Of a stretch of DNA of 64,000 nucleotides, positions 50,599-60,537 are shown one piece after another (positions within the stretch are counted from its first letter, which is position 1; each line of letters begins with the position of its first letter). The stretch covers positions 544,001 through 608,000 of the forward strand of contig CAVRUC010000007.1 in the NCBI GenBank assembly GCA_963724295.1, read 5' to 3'. This DNA is from an uncultured Chloroflexia bacterium (GTDB lineage Bacteria > Chloroflexota > Chloroflexia > Thermomicrobiales > UBA6265). The notes under the pieces were generated by a model. It was not told the origin of the DNA. It did no database searches and saw nothing but the letters and a program-made list of their open reading frames with translations. Both the position numbers and the translations under genes were made by a program.

Positions 50599-51501
50599 AT
50601 GACTGCACACGACAACGGCCGCGCCAACGGGAGCGGGGGCGCCGGTCTCGACGTCGCGATCGTCCAGATGAACTCACGGGACGACAAGCGCGACAACATC
50701 GCCACGGCTCTCGATCTGATCGACCGTGCGGCGGCGACCGGCGCGCGCCTGGTCGCGTTGCCCGAAGTCTGGCCCTATCTCGGCCCGGACGAAGTGGTCC
50801 TCGACCAGGCGGAGACGATTCCGGGTCCGATCACCGAGTTGTTTGCCGAGCGCGCGCGGCGCCACGGGATCTACATTCACGGGGGCAGCATCTACGAGAA
50901 GCGTCCGGGTGACCCGGGGATCTACAACACCACCTTCGTCCTCGATCCCATGGGTGAGATCATCGCCCGCTACAGCAAGATCCACATGTATGACGTCGTG
51001 CTCGATGGCGTTGCCGAGTATCAGGAGTCGGCGTCAATCACTCCCGGCGACGAGATCGCCATCACCGAGATCGACGGCGTTGCGGTCGGCCTCACGATTT
51101 GCTACGACCTGCGCTTCCCGGAGCTCTTTCGCATCCTGGCCCTGAGGGGCGCTCAAGCGATCATGCTGCCGGCCGCGTTTACCCTGATGACCGGCAAGGA
51201 CCATTGGGAGCCGCTGATCCGCGCCCGCGCCATCGAGAACGAGCTCTACATGATCGCCCCCGCACAGTGGGGCACCCACCCGCCTGGCAAGTGGTGCTAC
51301 GGGCGTTCGATGATCGTCGACCCGTGGGGCACGGTGGTAACAACTGCGTCCGACGGCGTCGGCATCGCCAACGCAACCGTCGAGCCGTCGCGTGTCGAGG
51401 CCGTCCGCCGTCAAATTCCATCGCTGGCGAACCGGCGCCCCGGGGCCTACAAGTGGCCGGAAGAATCGGCATCCCTCGCGACAGGACGCCTCGCGTTCTG
51501 A
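50599..51501 (+). CDS. Carbon-nitrogen hydrolase (Nit1/deaminated glutathione amidase-like)
   Basis: 'LPE', 'YSKIHMYD', 'ICYDLRFPELFR', 'RARAIEN', 'DPWG'. Confidence 0.92.
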   Translation: MTAHDNGRANGSGGAGLDVAIVQMNSRDDKRDNIATALDLIDRAAATGARLVALPEVWPYLGPDEVVLDQAETIPGPITELFAERARRHGIYIHGGSIYEKRPGDPGIYNTTFVLDPMGEIIARYSKIHMYDVVLDGVAEYQESASITPGDEIAITEIDGVAVGLTICYDLRFPELFRILALRGAQAIMLPAAFTLMTGKDHWEPLIRARAIENELYMIAPAQWGTHPPGKWCYGRSMIVDPWGTVVTTASDGVGIANATVEPSRVEAVRRQIPSLANRRPGAYKWPEESASLATGRLAF

Positions 51502-51521
51502 TCCCACACCACCCCAGCGCG

Positions 51522-51824
51522 TTGAGAACCGCCGGTCTCGCGTTCGCGGCGGCCCTGCTGATGGCATCGTGTCAGGAGAACACCGGGGAGCCGACGCTGC
51601 AGCCTGCCCCGACCCTCCCGGTTGTGACCGCCACCGCGGGCCCGCCACCGGTCCCGACCCTTGGTGAGCAGCAGCGTTATGTCGTACGAGAAGGGGACAC
51701 GCTTTCGGGGATCGCGGCCCGCTTCGGCGTGTCGGAAGATGCGATCCTCAAGGAAAACCCCCTCTCCGACCGCGATCGACTCCTGGTTGGGCAGGAACTG
51801 GTAATTCCGCCCGCCCAACCATGA
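51522..51824 (+). CDS. LysM-domain lipoprotein
   Basis: Lipobox-like 'LLMASC', Pro/Thr linker, 'YVVREGDTLSGIAARFGVS...L.VGQELVIP'; TTG start is inferred. Confidence 0.8.
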   Translation: MRTAGLAFAAALLMASCQENTGEPTLQPAPTLPVVTATAGPPPVPTLGEQQRYVVREGDTLSGIAARFGVSEDAILKENPLSDRDRLLVGQELVIPPAQP

Positions 51825-51861
51825 GTCGCCTGCACCAGGACCGAGATCCTGAGTCATTCCC

Positions 51862-51890
51862 TTGACCCATTCCTGGGGTCATGGTACCGT
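51862..51890 (+). promoter_or_regulatory. Sigma70-type promoter TTGACC-N17-TACCGT with extended -10 TG
   Basis: TTGACC 51862-51867; TG-G-TACCGT 51882-51890. Confidence 0.65.
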
Positions 51891-51896
51891 TCCCTT

Positions 51897-52066
51897 GACG
51901 CCGCTAGCAGCGGCGTCGACTCCAAGACCGTTGAGGGTAAAGGAGGTGATGCCCATGAGTAGTCACGGTACCAGGGGCATCACGGTGGAGGCCGATCGCC
52001 GCTAGGGCACGGCTGCCGTGATGCCACGGAACGAGGGTCGGACAATCGTCCGACCCTCGTTTTTTT
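51897..52066 (+). ncRNA. Putative stand-alone structured small RNA / sORF-bearing transcript
   Basis: Own promoter, 5' hairpin gacgccgct/agcggcgtc, SD AAAGGAGGTGAT, 16-codon ORF 51955-52005, 13-bp internal stem, strong terminator. Confidence 0.6.
52030..52066 (+). terminator. Rho-independent terminator
   Basis: aacgagggtcggac-aatc-gtccgaccctcgtt followed by a T-run; may also serve the convergent rplY. Confidence 0.85.
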
Positions 52067-52118
52067 GTCCGTTGTCCGTCTTTCGGAACCGGCCACAGGA
52101 CCCGTGGCCCGATTGGGA

Positions 52119-52763
52119 CTACTCGTCCGCCTCGGCGGTCGCGGCTTCCTCGCCGGCGGACTCGTCTGGCGCCGCCGCAACCTCCGCGGCCTCTTCGGCA
52201 GCCTCTTCCGGCTCCTGGTAGACCGCCTCGATCTGGACGATCGTCTCGTCTTCGGCCGTGACCGCGGTCACGCCGTCGGGAAGATTGAGGTCTCCCACCC
52301 GGATAGAGTCGCCGGGGTGCACGAGCCCCGAGACGTCAATGTCGATCTGGTGCGGAATGCTCGCCGGCAACGCCTCCACCTCGACCTCGGTACGGATCTC
52401 GGCAAGCATGCCGTCGATCGTATTGCTTGGATTGTGGAAGGCGATCGGCACGATCGCGCGGACCGGCATCAGCAAGTTCGGCGCGAAGAAGTCGACATGA
52501 ATCGGCTCGCGGCGCACCGGATCCTGCTGCACCTCGCGGATGAACACCGACTGGTCGCCATCCTCCCAGCGGAGCACGAAGAGCGTCGAATGCCCGTTGG
52601 TCTGATAGAACTTGAGAAACTCCCGGCGATCGACGCTCACCGGGACCGTGCCCGTGACGACCGGGCCGTAGACGATGCCGGGCACCAGTCCCTGGCGACG
52701 GAGCTGTTTGACCTTTTTTCCTACGACCGTGCGACGCTGGGCCGCAAATTCCTGACCTGCCAT
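52119..52763 (-). CDS. rplY: 50S ribosomal protein L25 (Ctc form)
   Basis: 'R.VVGKKVKQLRRQGLVPGIVYG', 'Q.DPV....HVDF', 'ALP..IP..I.IDVS.L', acidic tail. Confidence 0.93.
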   Translation of the reverse strand: MAGQEFAAQRRTVVGKKVKQLRRQGLVPGIVYGPVVTGTVPVSVDRREFLKFYQTNGHSTLFVLRWEDGDQSVFIREVQQDPVRREPIHVDFFAPNLLMPVRAIVPIAFHNPSNTIDGMLAEIRTEVEVEALPASIPHQIDIDVSGLVHPGDSIRVGDLNLPDGVTAVTAEDETIVQIEAVYQEPEEAAEEAAEVAAAPDESAGEEAATAEADE

Positions 52764-52933
52764 CACCCATACCTGCTCGTGAATCCGATCACCGCTGAGC
52801 CCATTGGGTCACGGAACAAAAAAACCCGGCAAGGTCGAGCTCGACCCAGCCTGGGAGAACGACCTCGCATCCTACCACAGAAATGAATTGCCGATGCGCA
52901 CTGTCGTCTTCAATTCGACGCGAAAATCTTTGC

Positions 52934-52962
52934 TTGACGCTCGGCATTACGAGCCGTACCAT
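52934..52962 (+). promoter_or_regulatory. Sigma70-type promoter TTGACG-N17-TACCAT for the ABC permease genes
   Basis: Near-consensus hexamers with a 17-bp spacer. Confidence 0.6.
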
Positions 52963-53073
52963 CAGCCGAATCTCCGGGCGGCTGCGTTGCCGAGGGCGTC
53001 TGATCCCACGTCGCCCGATCCCGATGACTGCCGCGGGTTCAGGGCGCGCCAGGGCTGACAAGGAGGTCGCCGG

Positions 53074-54018
53074 TTGGGACGCTACCTCATACGCCGGGCG
53101 ATCATCTCGATCTTCACGCTTATCGCCATCAGCATCGTCGTCTACACGATCCTGGCGCTGGCGCCGGGTGATCCCCTGTCCGGGTTTGCCAACAACCCGA
53201 ATGTCCCGCCCGAATTGCGAGAGCGAATCCGCAAGACCATGGGTTTGGACGACCCGATCCACGTCCAATACCTGAGATGGGCCTCCGCTTACATCCACGG
53301 AGATTGGCTGCAGTCATATTCCGCGAAGATCCCCGTGCGTGACTACGTCTTGTCCCGCTTGCCGACCACCCTGATGATCTCTGGTTCGGCACTCTTGATC
53401 AGCATTCTCGTCGCCGTGCCCATCGGCGTGCTCTCGGCGCTCAAGCAGTACTCGATGTTCGATCAGGTCGCGACGACATTTGCCTTTCTCGGGTTCAGCA
53501 TTCCGACGTTCTTTTCCGGCATCCTCATGATCCTCGTCTTCAGCGTCTATTTAGGCTGGCTACCGTTTGTCTATGACAGCCAGGTGACGGGGTTCCTGCC
53601 AAACGTCAAGCAGTCAATCATGCCGATCATGGTGTTGGGTCTGGCCGGCGCGGCCCAGCTCATGCGGTTCGTGCGCGCCTCGATGCTGGAGACGATCAGT
53701 CAGGACTACGTCCGCACCGCCCGCGCCAAAGGACTGCGAGAACAGTCAGTGGTGATCCTTCATGCCATGCGCAACGCGCTGATCCCAGTGATAACAGTGC
53801 TGGCGCTGCAGGTGCCTGAGATCTTTGGCGGCGCCATCATCACCGAGCAGATCTTTCGTATCCCCGGAATCGGCCGCGCCTTGATCGACGGGATCTACAG
53901 CAAGGATGTTCCCGTCGTCATGGCGATCACCTTCGGCATCGCGGTCCTCGTCGTACTCTTTAACGTTATTGCCGACATCCTCTATGCCGTGCTCGATCCG
54001 CGCATCCGATATACGTAG
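53074..54018 (+). CDS. Oligopeptide ABC transporter permease (OppB-like)
   Basis: 'LAPGDP', 'QDYVRTARAKGL', 'LDPRIRY'; AAGGAGG RBS with TTG start. Confidence 0.93.
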   Translation: MGRYLIRRAIISIFTLIAISIVVYTILALAPGDPLSGFANNPNVPPELRERIRKTMGLDDPIHVQYLRWASAYIHGDWLQSYSAKIPVRDYVLSRLPTTLMISGSALLISILVAVPIGVLSALKQYSMFDQVATTFAFLGFSIPTFFSGILMILVFSVYLGWLPFVYDSQVTGFLPNVKQSIMPIMVLGLAGAAQLMRFVRASMLETISQDYVRTARAKGLREQSVVILHAMRNALIPVITVLALQVPEIFGGAIITEQIFRIPGIGRALIDGIYSKDVPVVMAITFGIAVLVVLFNVIADILYAVLDPRIRYT

Positions 54019-54152
54019 CCATCGATCGCCGGGGCATTCGCCATGAGCCTGACTGGACGCCACCCACGCCGATATCGCGGTCGTCAGCCGGGGCTTGATC
54101 GCACGGGCGCGGCTGTCCGGCCGCGGGTCTGGTTCATCCTAGGGGGCCGGCT

Positions 54153-55184
54153 ATGACGCAGGGGATCGACATCAACCTCGAGCGCGCGCCCGGCGCAGTC
54201 GGTCCCGCAGTGAGCGCGAGCCAACCTGGGCATGCGACCGTTGTCGACTATCCGCTGCCCTCGCTGCCCGTCGGGACCCTCCAGATCAAGAAGCATCGGT
54301 CTCTATGGGGCGATGCCTGGCGTCAATTCCGCAAGCATAAGCTCGCCATGGCCGGTCTGTTCGTCTTCATTTTTATGCTGATCGCGACGTTTCTGGGCTC
54401 AGCAGTCTACCCGCAGGAGATTGACGAGATCGATTTCTCGGTCAGCGGCAGCGGCCTGTCCTGGGAACATCCTTTCGGCACCGACTCGCTGGGGCGTGAC
54501 CTGCTGGCCAGGATACTGTGGGGTGGCCGCATCTCGCTGGCAGTCGGCATTATCGCTGCGTTGGTCGCCATCCTCCTGGGAACCGCGATCGGCGCCATCT
54601 CCGGTTTCTTTGGCGGCATCAGCGACACCCTGCTGATGCGCCTCACGGATCTCTTTATCTCCCTGCCGCAGGTTCCACTCCTGCTGGTGATCAGCTTCCT
54701 GTACAAGCAGGCTTTCTACGATTTTTTCCAGGACCGCACCGGCAGCGGTGTTACCGGCATCTTTATCCTGATCGTCATGGTCATCGGTTTGCTCAATTGG
54801 ATGCCGACCTCCCGCCTCGTCCGAGCGAGCTTTCTCTCGACTAAGCAGAAGGAGTTCGTCGAAGCCGCCGAGGCCATGGGCTCCTCCCGAGCCTCGCAGA
54901 TGTTCCGGCATATCCTCCCCAACGTCATGAGCCCGATCATTGTCGCCGCCACCCTCGGGGTCGGCGCCGCGATCATCACCGAATCCGCTCTCTCCTTTCT
55001 CGGTCTTGGCTTCCCGTCCGACATCCCCACCTGGGGGAGCATGCTCTATGAGGCCAAAGATCGGTTCGAGATCGCTCCCCACGAAGCGATCTTCCCCGGC
55101 ACGATGATCTTTCTCACCGTGCTATCGATCAATTACATCGGGGATGGCCTGCGCGACGCGCTCGACCCCCGCAAGACGCATTGA
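54153..55184 (+). CDS. Oligopeptide ABC transporter permease (OppC-like)
   Basis: 'HPFGTDSLGRD', 'EFVEAAEAMG', 'GDGLRDALDPR'. Confidence 0.93.
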   Translation: MTQGIDINLERAPGAVGPAVSASQPGHATVVDYPLPSLPVGTLQIKKHRSLWGDAWRQFRKHKLAMAGLFVFIFMLIATFLGSAVYPQEIDEIDFSVSGSGLSWEHPFGTDSLGRDLLARILWGGRISLAVGIIAALVAILLGTAIGAISGFFGGISDTLLMRLTDLFISLPQVPLLLVISFLYKQAFYDFFQDRTGSGVTGIFILIVMVIGLLNWMPTSRLVRASFLSTKQKEFVEAAEAMGSSRASQMFRHILPNVMSPIIVAATLGVGAAIITESALSFLGLGFPSDIPTWGSMLYEAKDRFEIAPHEAIFPGTMIFLTVLSINYIGDGLRDALDPRKTH

Positions 55185-55195
55185 GTGACCCAGGG

Positions 55196-55519
55196 ATGCC
55201 CGATCAGCCGCAGCTTTCGCTGAGCACCATCGCTGATGAACGTACCGTGTTCAGCTGGAAGGATTTCAGCCGGTTCGTACAGGTCGCTCCCGTGGAGCGA
55301 GGCTGGCTCGTGCTCTGGGGCCGCTTTCGCGACCAGGGCCGAACGAGAGACCTGGCAGGGCAGCGAACTTACCTCGATCTCTCCGGTGTGCGGCGCCGTG
55401 TTGCGGATTCGGTGTTCGAGCTGACCAGAAGCCCGGACCTCGTGGCCGAGGCGATGATCCGCTTCGATCGCACTCCGTTTCCCGTCCATCTGCCGACTCC
55501 ACTCCCCGAACCCCTGTAG
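55196..55519 (+). CDS. Hypothetical protein
   Basis: ORF in operon context with normal composition; start uncertain. Confidence 0.55.
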   Translation: MPDQPQLSLSTIADERTVFSWKDFSRFVQVAPVERGWLVLWGRFRDQGRTRDLAGQRTYLDLSGVRRRVADSVFELTRSPDLVAEAMIRFDRTPFPVHLPTPLPEPL

Positions 55520-55642
55520 ACCGCTCGCTCGACACCGCGTTGGCCGGCGGCATTCGCCTGATCGACAATGCCACGAGTGAGCCAGCGGGATGTGGCACGA
55601 ACCATTCGGGCAGTCGTTGAAACCGGTGACGGAGACGCGGTC

Positions 55643-56353
55643 ATGCCGTTGAAGATCGACGTGGCCGTCGTCAAGACGAACAAGTACGCGTCGCGGGAGA
55701 GCGGTGACACGGTCGAGATCGTCGAGCGGCCCGGCGGGGGGATCTCGGTCATCATGGCCGACGGGCAAGGATCCGGACGCGCGGCGAAAACGCTGAGCCT
55801 GCTGGTGACCGCCAAAGTTTCCGCGCTGCTCAAGGAGGGCGTGCGCGACGGCGCCTCGGCGCGCGCGGCCAATGATTTTCTGTTCGCCATGCGCAACGGT
55901 CAGGTGTCGGCGACGCTCGACATCCTTTCCGTCGATCTGAACACGGGGACGGTCGTCATCACCCGCAACGGCGATACCGCCTGCTACGCGCGGACGGCCG
56001 ATGGCTCCGAGGTGAGCGCCGGTGCGGAGCGGCCGCTCGGCCTCTATCCGCGCACACGTCCCTGGTCGGCCGAGATTCCAATCGGCTCGGGTGTGCGCGT
56101 TATCCTGGCCAGCGACGGCGTCGCGAACTCGGGCCGGCGCTCCGGTCTGTCGCCTCTCGATCTGAGATCGATCGCGGAAAGCGCTGGTGCGGAGGCATCT
56201 GCCGCGGGTATCGCGGACCTGGTGCTCGGCGAGGCCATTGCCCGCGATGGGCTCAAACCCGGGGATGACATGAGCGTTGTGGCGCTGACACTGCCCAACC
56301 ACGATCAGACGACGCTGGTGCGCCGCATGGGCGTCGAGGTGCCGCTGCCGTGA
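55643..56353 (+). CDS. Stand-alone PP2C/SpoIIE family phosphatase
   Basis: 'ESGDTVE', 'MADGQGSG', 'SATL', 'ASDGV', 'GDDMSV'. Confidence 0.85.
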   Translation: MPLKIDVAVVKTNKYASRESGDTVEIVERPGGGISVIMADGQGSGRAAKTLSLLVTAKVSALLKEGVRDGASARAANDFLFAMRNGQVSATLDILSVDLNTGTVVITRNGDTACYARTADGSEVSAGAERPLGLYPRTRPWSAEIPIGSGVRVILASDGVANSGRRSGLSPLDLRSIAESAGAEASAAGIADLVLGEAIARDGLKPGDDMSVVALTLPNHDQTTLVRRMGVEVPLP

Positions 56354-56402
56354 ACTCTCCCGTCGCATGCACGTCAACGCCTTCATCTGTGGGATTTCCG
56401 TG

Positions 56403-56798
56403 ATGGCTGAAGGAGACCTTCTTCGCGATATCCCGTCCGCCTCGCCGGAATCGAGGAAGATCGTGGTGGTGGGTCCCTGTGCCGCGGGGAAGTCCACGCT
56501 CGTCAGCGCATTGCGAGCCCTTGGCTACGACGCCCATGTCTCAGGTCAGGAGCACAGCGAGATCGCGACGCTCTGGCAGCACTCACAACCAGACGTGTTG
56601 ATTGCGCTCGAAGCCGATATTACGGCGGTCCGCGACCGCCGCGGCGACTCCTGGCCGGAGTGGCTTCATGACCTGCAAGTTCGGCGCCTGGCCGCCGCGT
56701 CGCGGGCTGCCGACCTCGCCATCGACACCACCTTGCTGAGCACCCAGGCTGTGGTCGCCCGCGCCATCGCCTACCTGGAACGGCTGGACGAGAAGTGA
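56403..56798 (+). CDS. Small P-loop NTPase/kinase-like protein
   Basis: Walker A 'GPCAAGKST', 'QEHS', 'ADLAIDT'. Confidence 0.75.
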   Translation: MAEGDLLRDIPSASPESRKIVVVGPCAAGKSTLVSALRALGYDAHVSGQEHSEIATLWQHSQPDVLIALEADITAVRDRRGDSWPEWLHDLQVRRLAAASRAADLAIDTTLLSTQAVVARAIAYLERLDEK

Positions 56799-56844
56799 CC
56801 GGCGTGTTTGTCCCTACCGCGGCGCGGGCACTATCATCGCTCGC

Positions 56845-58521
56845 ATGAGCAGCAGACCCGCGCAGATCCCGCGTTCGTTCCGCATGATCCTTCCCCTGGT
56901 CGCGATCGCCGTTCTTGGCTGGCTCTCGCCGCTGTCCACGACCGCCACGGCGACACCAGTGGCGGGCGACGTGGTCGTCATCGAAGCCACGAATCGCGCC
57001 CGGGAATCGAACCCCACCGGCCGGCAGGAGCTACGGCTCGCCGGCACGACGCTCGATCCAGCGCCGCTCGATCCCGCGGTAGCGAGGGACGTGAACTCGG
57101 CGTTCATGACCCGCCAGGTGTTCCGGGGTCTGACCCGGTTCGACGAGAACCTCGAGCCCGTACCGGAGCTCGCGCAACGGATCGAGATCAGCGCCGATGG
57201 GTTGACTTATCGCATTCAGCTCCGGGACGACGCCCGGTTCGCCGACGGCTCGCAGATCACCGCGGAAGACGTCCAGTTCTCGTTGACACGTGCCCTCAGC
57301 CCGCAGACGGCGGCCGACGCGGGCGCCGCGCTGGCCGGTCCCTCGTACCTTGGCGATATCGTCGGCGCGGACGAGGTCATTCGGGGTGAAGCGAGCGAGC
57401 TGATCGGACTCCGGGTGATCGACGATCGCACGGTGGAGATCGAGCTCGAGGCGCCTCGTGCCACGTTCCTTATGAAGCTCGCCTCGGCGCCAGCCGCGAT
57501 CGTCGATCCCGACGACGTCGCGCGTGGTGGCGAGTGGTGGCGAGACCCAAACGCTTCCGGGCCCTATGTGGTCGACGTCTGGGAGCCTGAAGACGAGCTT
57601 CAGCTCGCGGCCAACGAGGAGTACGTAGGGGGCGTGCCGGACCTGAAGCGGGTCACCTTCCGCCTGGGGCCGAACGCGGCCAACCCCTTCAACCTCTACC
57701 AGGCCGATGAGATCGACGTCGCCGGCGTGCCGGTTCAAGCAATCGACCGTGTCTCGGACGAAGAGAGCCCCCTGCTGCCGGAGCTCGACGTATCACCAGT
57801 CCTCTCCACGACCTACATCGCGTTCCGTACCGACGTGGCCCCCATGGACGACCCGGAAATACGACGGGCCGTGCAGCTGGCGTTTCCTCGCTGGAAGATC
57901 GCCGAGATCTCCCTCGGTGACCGCCAGGAGACGGCGAACGGGCTCATCCCACCCGGCACCCTGGGTCGCGACTGGCCACAGGCGGCGCCAGCACAGAACC
58001 TCGACGCGGCGCGAGCGGCGATTGCCAGCTCCTCGTACGGCAGCGCCGAGAAGGTGCCGCCGATCATGATCTACGGCGCCAGTCCGTTTGGCTCCGAGGC
58101 CCTGCGGGATGTCTTGCAGCGAGAGCTCGGACTGACCGTCGAGGTACTCCAGGTCCACTGGCCGCAGTTCAACCAGGGGCTATCCAGGAAAACGTTCCCA
58201 GCCTATGAGTTGACGTGGGTCGCCGACTTTCCCGACCCAGAGACTTTTCTCTGGAACCTGTTCGCCTCTAGCTCGCCGGACAACTACTCGGAGTACTCCA
58301 ATCCGGCCTACGACGCCCTGCTCGACCAGGCGGCGGCGACGCTCGACGTCGATGAGCGCGCTGCTTTCTACGCCGAAGCGGAAGCTGAGCTCCTCGGCGA
58401 TAACGCGGTGCTGCCCCTCTATCACGACGTGCGCTACACCCTCATGAAGCCATGGGTGAAGGGACTCGACATTACGCCGCTTGGCATGCTCTATCTCGAA
58501 AACGCGTGGATGGAGCGGTAG
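56845..58521 (+). CDS. Peptide ABC transporter substrate-binding protein
   Basis: Signal peptide, 'LDPA', 'PELAQRIEISADGLTY', 'WVADFPDP'. Confidence 0.9.
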   Translation: MSSRPAQIPRSFRMILPLVAIAVLGWLSPLSTTATATPVAGDVVVIEATNRARESNPTGRQELRLAGTTLDPAPLDPAVARDVNSAFMTRQVFRGLTRFDENLEPVPELAQRIEISADGLTYRIQLRDDARFADGSQITAEDVQFSLTRALSPQTAADAGAALAGPSYLGDIVGADEVIRGEASELIGLRVIDDRTVEIELEAPRATFLMKLASAPAAIVDPDDVARGGEWWRDPNASGPYVVDVWEPEDELQLAANEEYVGGVPDLKRVTFRLGPNAANPFNLYQADEIDVAGVPVQAIDRVSDEESPLLPELDVSPVLSTTYIAFRTDVAPMDDPEIRRAVQLAFPRWKIAEISLGDRQETANGLIPPGTLGRDWPQAAPAQNLDAARAAIASSSYGSAEKVPPIMIYGASPFGSEALRDVLQRELGLTVEVLQVHWPQFNQGLSRKTFPAYELTWVADFPDPETFLWNLFASSSPDNYSEYSNPAYDALLDQAAATLDVDERAAFYAEAEAELLGDNAVLPLYHDVRYTLMKPWVKGLDITPLGMLYLENAWMER

Positions 58522-59415
58522 ATGGCCGGGGTGCTGGCGCCGTCACGTGGCTCGAGGATCACCGCACCGCTGGTGCGTCCGCTCAAGTGCGAAGACATCC
58601 CCGCCTTGCGTCTGCCGGGGAGGCGGGGCGCCGAGTCGGTACGTCAGCTGCTCGCCGTCCATCCGGGGAGATCGGTCTGGGTACCCTCGACCCTCGAATA
58701 TGCCCTAATCGGCCCGTGGCGCAACCGGCCAGAGATCGCCAGCATCGAGGACCTTGTCGCCGTCCGCCACATGGAGGAACTGCTGCGCGCCGCTGTCGAC
58801 CGCTGTGCCGAGCACGGCGACGACCTGATGTTGACGGTCGAGCTCGACGCACGACGCTCCCCCACCCGGTATGAGCGCGCCGGGCTGGAGATGCTGGAAG
58901 AGGTCATCACCTACGAGATGGGAGTCGCGCGCGAGCGATGGTCGAGTAGTGACCGCATTCGCCTGGTCCGCGTCAACGCGAGCGATGAGGCAGCGATCGA
59001 GCGGGTCACGGAGATGGACCAGGCGTCGTTCCCCTGGTTGTGGCGCAATAACCGGACTGAGTTCGACGTCTATCTGCATACGCCCGGTGTTGAAGTCTGG
59101 TTCGTCGAGGCAGACGGCGAGCCGGTGGCCTATTTCGGCGTGACGCTGTTCCCCGATTGGGGGCACCTCGACCGGGTGGCGGTCGTCCCGGAGCATCAGG
59201 GCCGGGGCTTCGGACTGGAGACCCTGGGTCTGGCCGTCGAGACCATGAGAAAGCGGGGGGCGCGGCGCGTCGGATTGAGCACGCAACGCACGAATCTGCG
59301 ATCGCAGCGGCTTTACGACCGCTTCGGCTTTCGGCGAACCCCCGACCATGACTATCGACTCTTCGGCGCCTGGTGCCGACCGGAACGCCGCGCGAGCCTG
59401 CTCGGCGCGGGCTAG
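58522..59415 (+). CDS. GNAT family N-acetyltransferase
   Basis: 'HLDRVAVVPEHQGRGFG', 'LSTQRTN..SQRLYDRFGF'. Confidence 0.88.
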   Translation: MAGVLAPSRGSRITAPLVRPLKCEDIPALRLPGRRGAESVRQLLAVHPGRSVWVPSTLEYALIGPWRNRPEIASIEDLVAVRHMEELLRAAVDRCAEHGDDLMLTVELDARRSPTRYERAGLEMLEEVITYEMGVARERWSSSDRIRLVRVNASDEAAIERVTEMDQASFPWLWRNNRTEFDVYLHTPGVEVWFVEADGEPVAYFGVTLFPDWGHLDRVAVVPEHQGRGFGLETLGLAVETMRKRGARRVGLSTQRTNLRSQRLYDRFGFRRTPDHDYRLFGAWCRPERRASLLGAG

Positions 59416-59466
59416 GAGCCATGCGGTCGACACCGGCCGCGCGGATGAAGGGGAAGCCCCGCACGC

Positions 59467-60531
59467 ATGGGCAGCAGTTTTGGCAAGATCTTTCGGCTGA
59501 CCACCTGGGGTGAGTCGCACGGACCGGCCCTCGGCGTGGTCGTCGAGGGGACGCCGGCTGGTATCCCGTTGACAGAAGCAGATATCCAGTTGCAGCTCGA
59601 TCGGCGGCGCGTCGGGCAAAGCAAGGTCACGTCCCCACGAGGCGAGAAGGACCGCGCCGAAATCCTTTCCGGGGTCTTCGAAGAGCGCACCACGGGCGCG
59701 CCAATCTCGATGATTACCTACAATCGGGACGTCGATTCGTCTAAATACGAAAACCTGCGCGACGTCTTCCGCCCGGGCCACGCCGACTACACCTACTGGG
59801 CCAAGTACGGGCACCGCGATCATCGCGGCGGTGGCCGCTCCTCCGCGCGGGAGACCTGGGGGCGGGTCGCCGCCGGCGCCATTGCCCGCAAGATCCTGGC
59901 CACCGTCGGAATCGAGATCTACGGCTTCACCAGGGAGATCGGCGGTATCGAGATGCAGACGCTCGACCGCGACGAGATCGAACGGAATCTCGTCCGCTGC
60001 CCCGATCCGATTGCCGCCGAGGCCATGACCGAGGCCATCCTGGCCGTCAAAGAGAGCCACGACAGTCTGGGCGGTGTCGTCGAGGTGCGGGCGTTGAACG
60101 TCCCGCCGGGTCTGGGCGAACCAACCTTCGACCGGCTCGACGCGCTGATCGCGCAGGCGATGCTCTCGATCCCGGCCACGAAGGGGGTCGAGATCGGCGA
60201 CGGATTTGCGGCGGCCCGGTCTCGCGGATCGGAGAACAACGATTGGTTCTATGCCGAGAACGGCCGGGTGCGTACGCGAAGCAACCGAGCCGGCGGCACC
60301 CTCGGTGGCATCTCGTCCGGCGAGGAGATCGTCGTCCGGGTGGCGATCAAGCCGACCTCCTCGGTGGCGCGCGAGCAGGAAACGATCGATATCAGCATGG
60401 AACCGCGGACGATCCTGGTCGAGGGTCGCCACGATCCCTCGGTCGTTCCTCGCGCCGTCCCGGTGGCCGAGGCGATGCTGGCCATCGTCCTGGCGGACCT
60501 GTTGCTGCTGAACCGCGCGGCGCGCATCTAG
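59467..60531 (+). CDS. aroC: Chorismate synthase
   Basis: 'TWGESHG', 'RPGHAD', 'RSSARET', 'KPTSS', 'GRHDP'. Confidence 0.97.
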   Translation: MGSSFGKIFRLTTWGESHGPALGVVVEGTPAGIPLTEADIQLQLDRRRVGQSKVTSPRGEKDRAEILSGVFEERTTGAPISMITYNRDVDSSKYENLRDVFRPGHADYTYWAKYGHRDHRGGGRSSARETWGRVAAGAIARKILATVGIEIYGFTREIGGIEMQTLDRDEIERNLVRCPDPIAAEAMTEAILAVKESHDSLGGVVEVRALNVPPGLGEPTFDRLDALIAQAMLSIPATKGVEIGDGFAAARSRGSENNDWFYAENGRVRTRSNRAGGTLGGISSGEEIVVRVAIKPTSSVAREQETIDISMEPRTILVEGRHDPSVVPRAVPVAEAMLAIVLADLLLLNRAARI

Positions 60532-60537
60532 CGCCGC

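Noticed and set aside
51897..52066. Structured RNA as tmRNA, SRP or 6S RNA
   Set aside because: Too short for tmRNA with no tRNA-like ends; no SRP helix-8 motif; not a single long 6S-like rod
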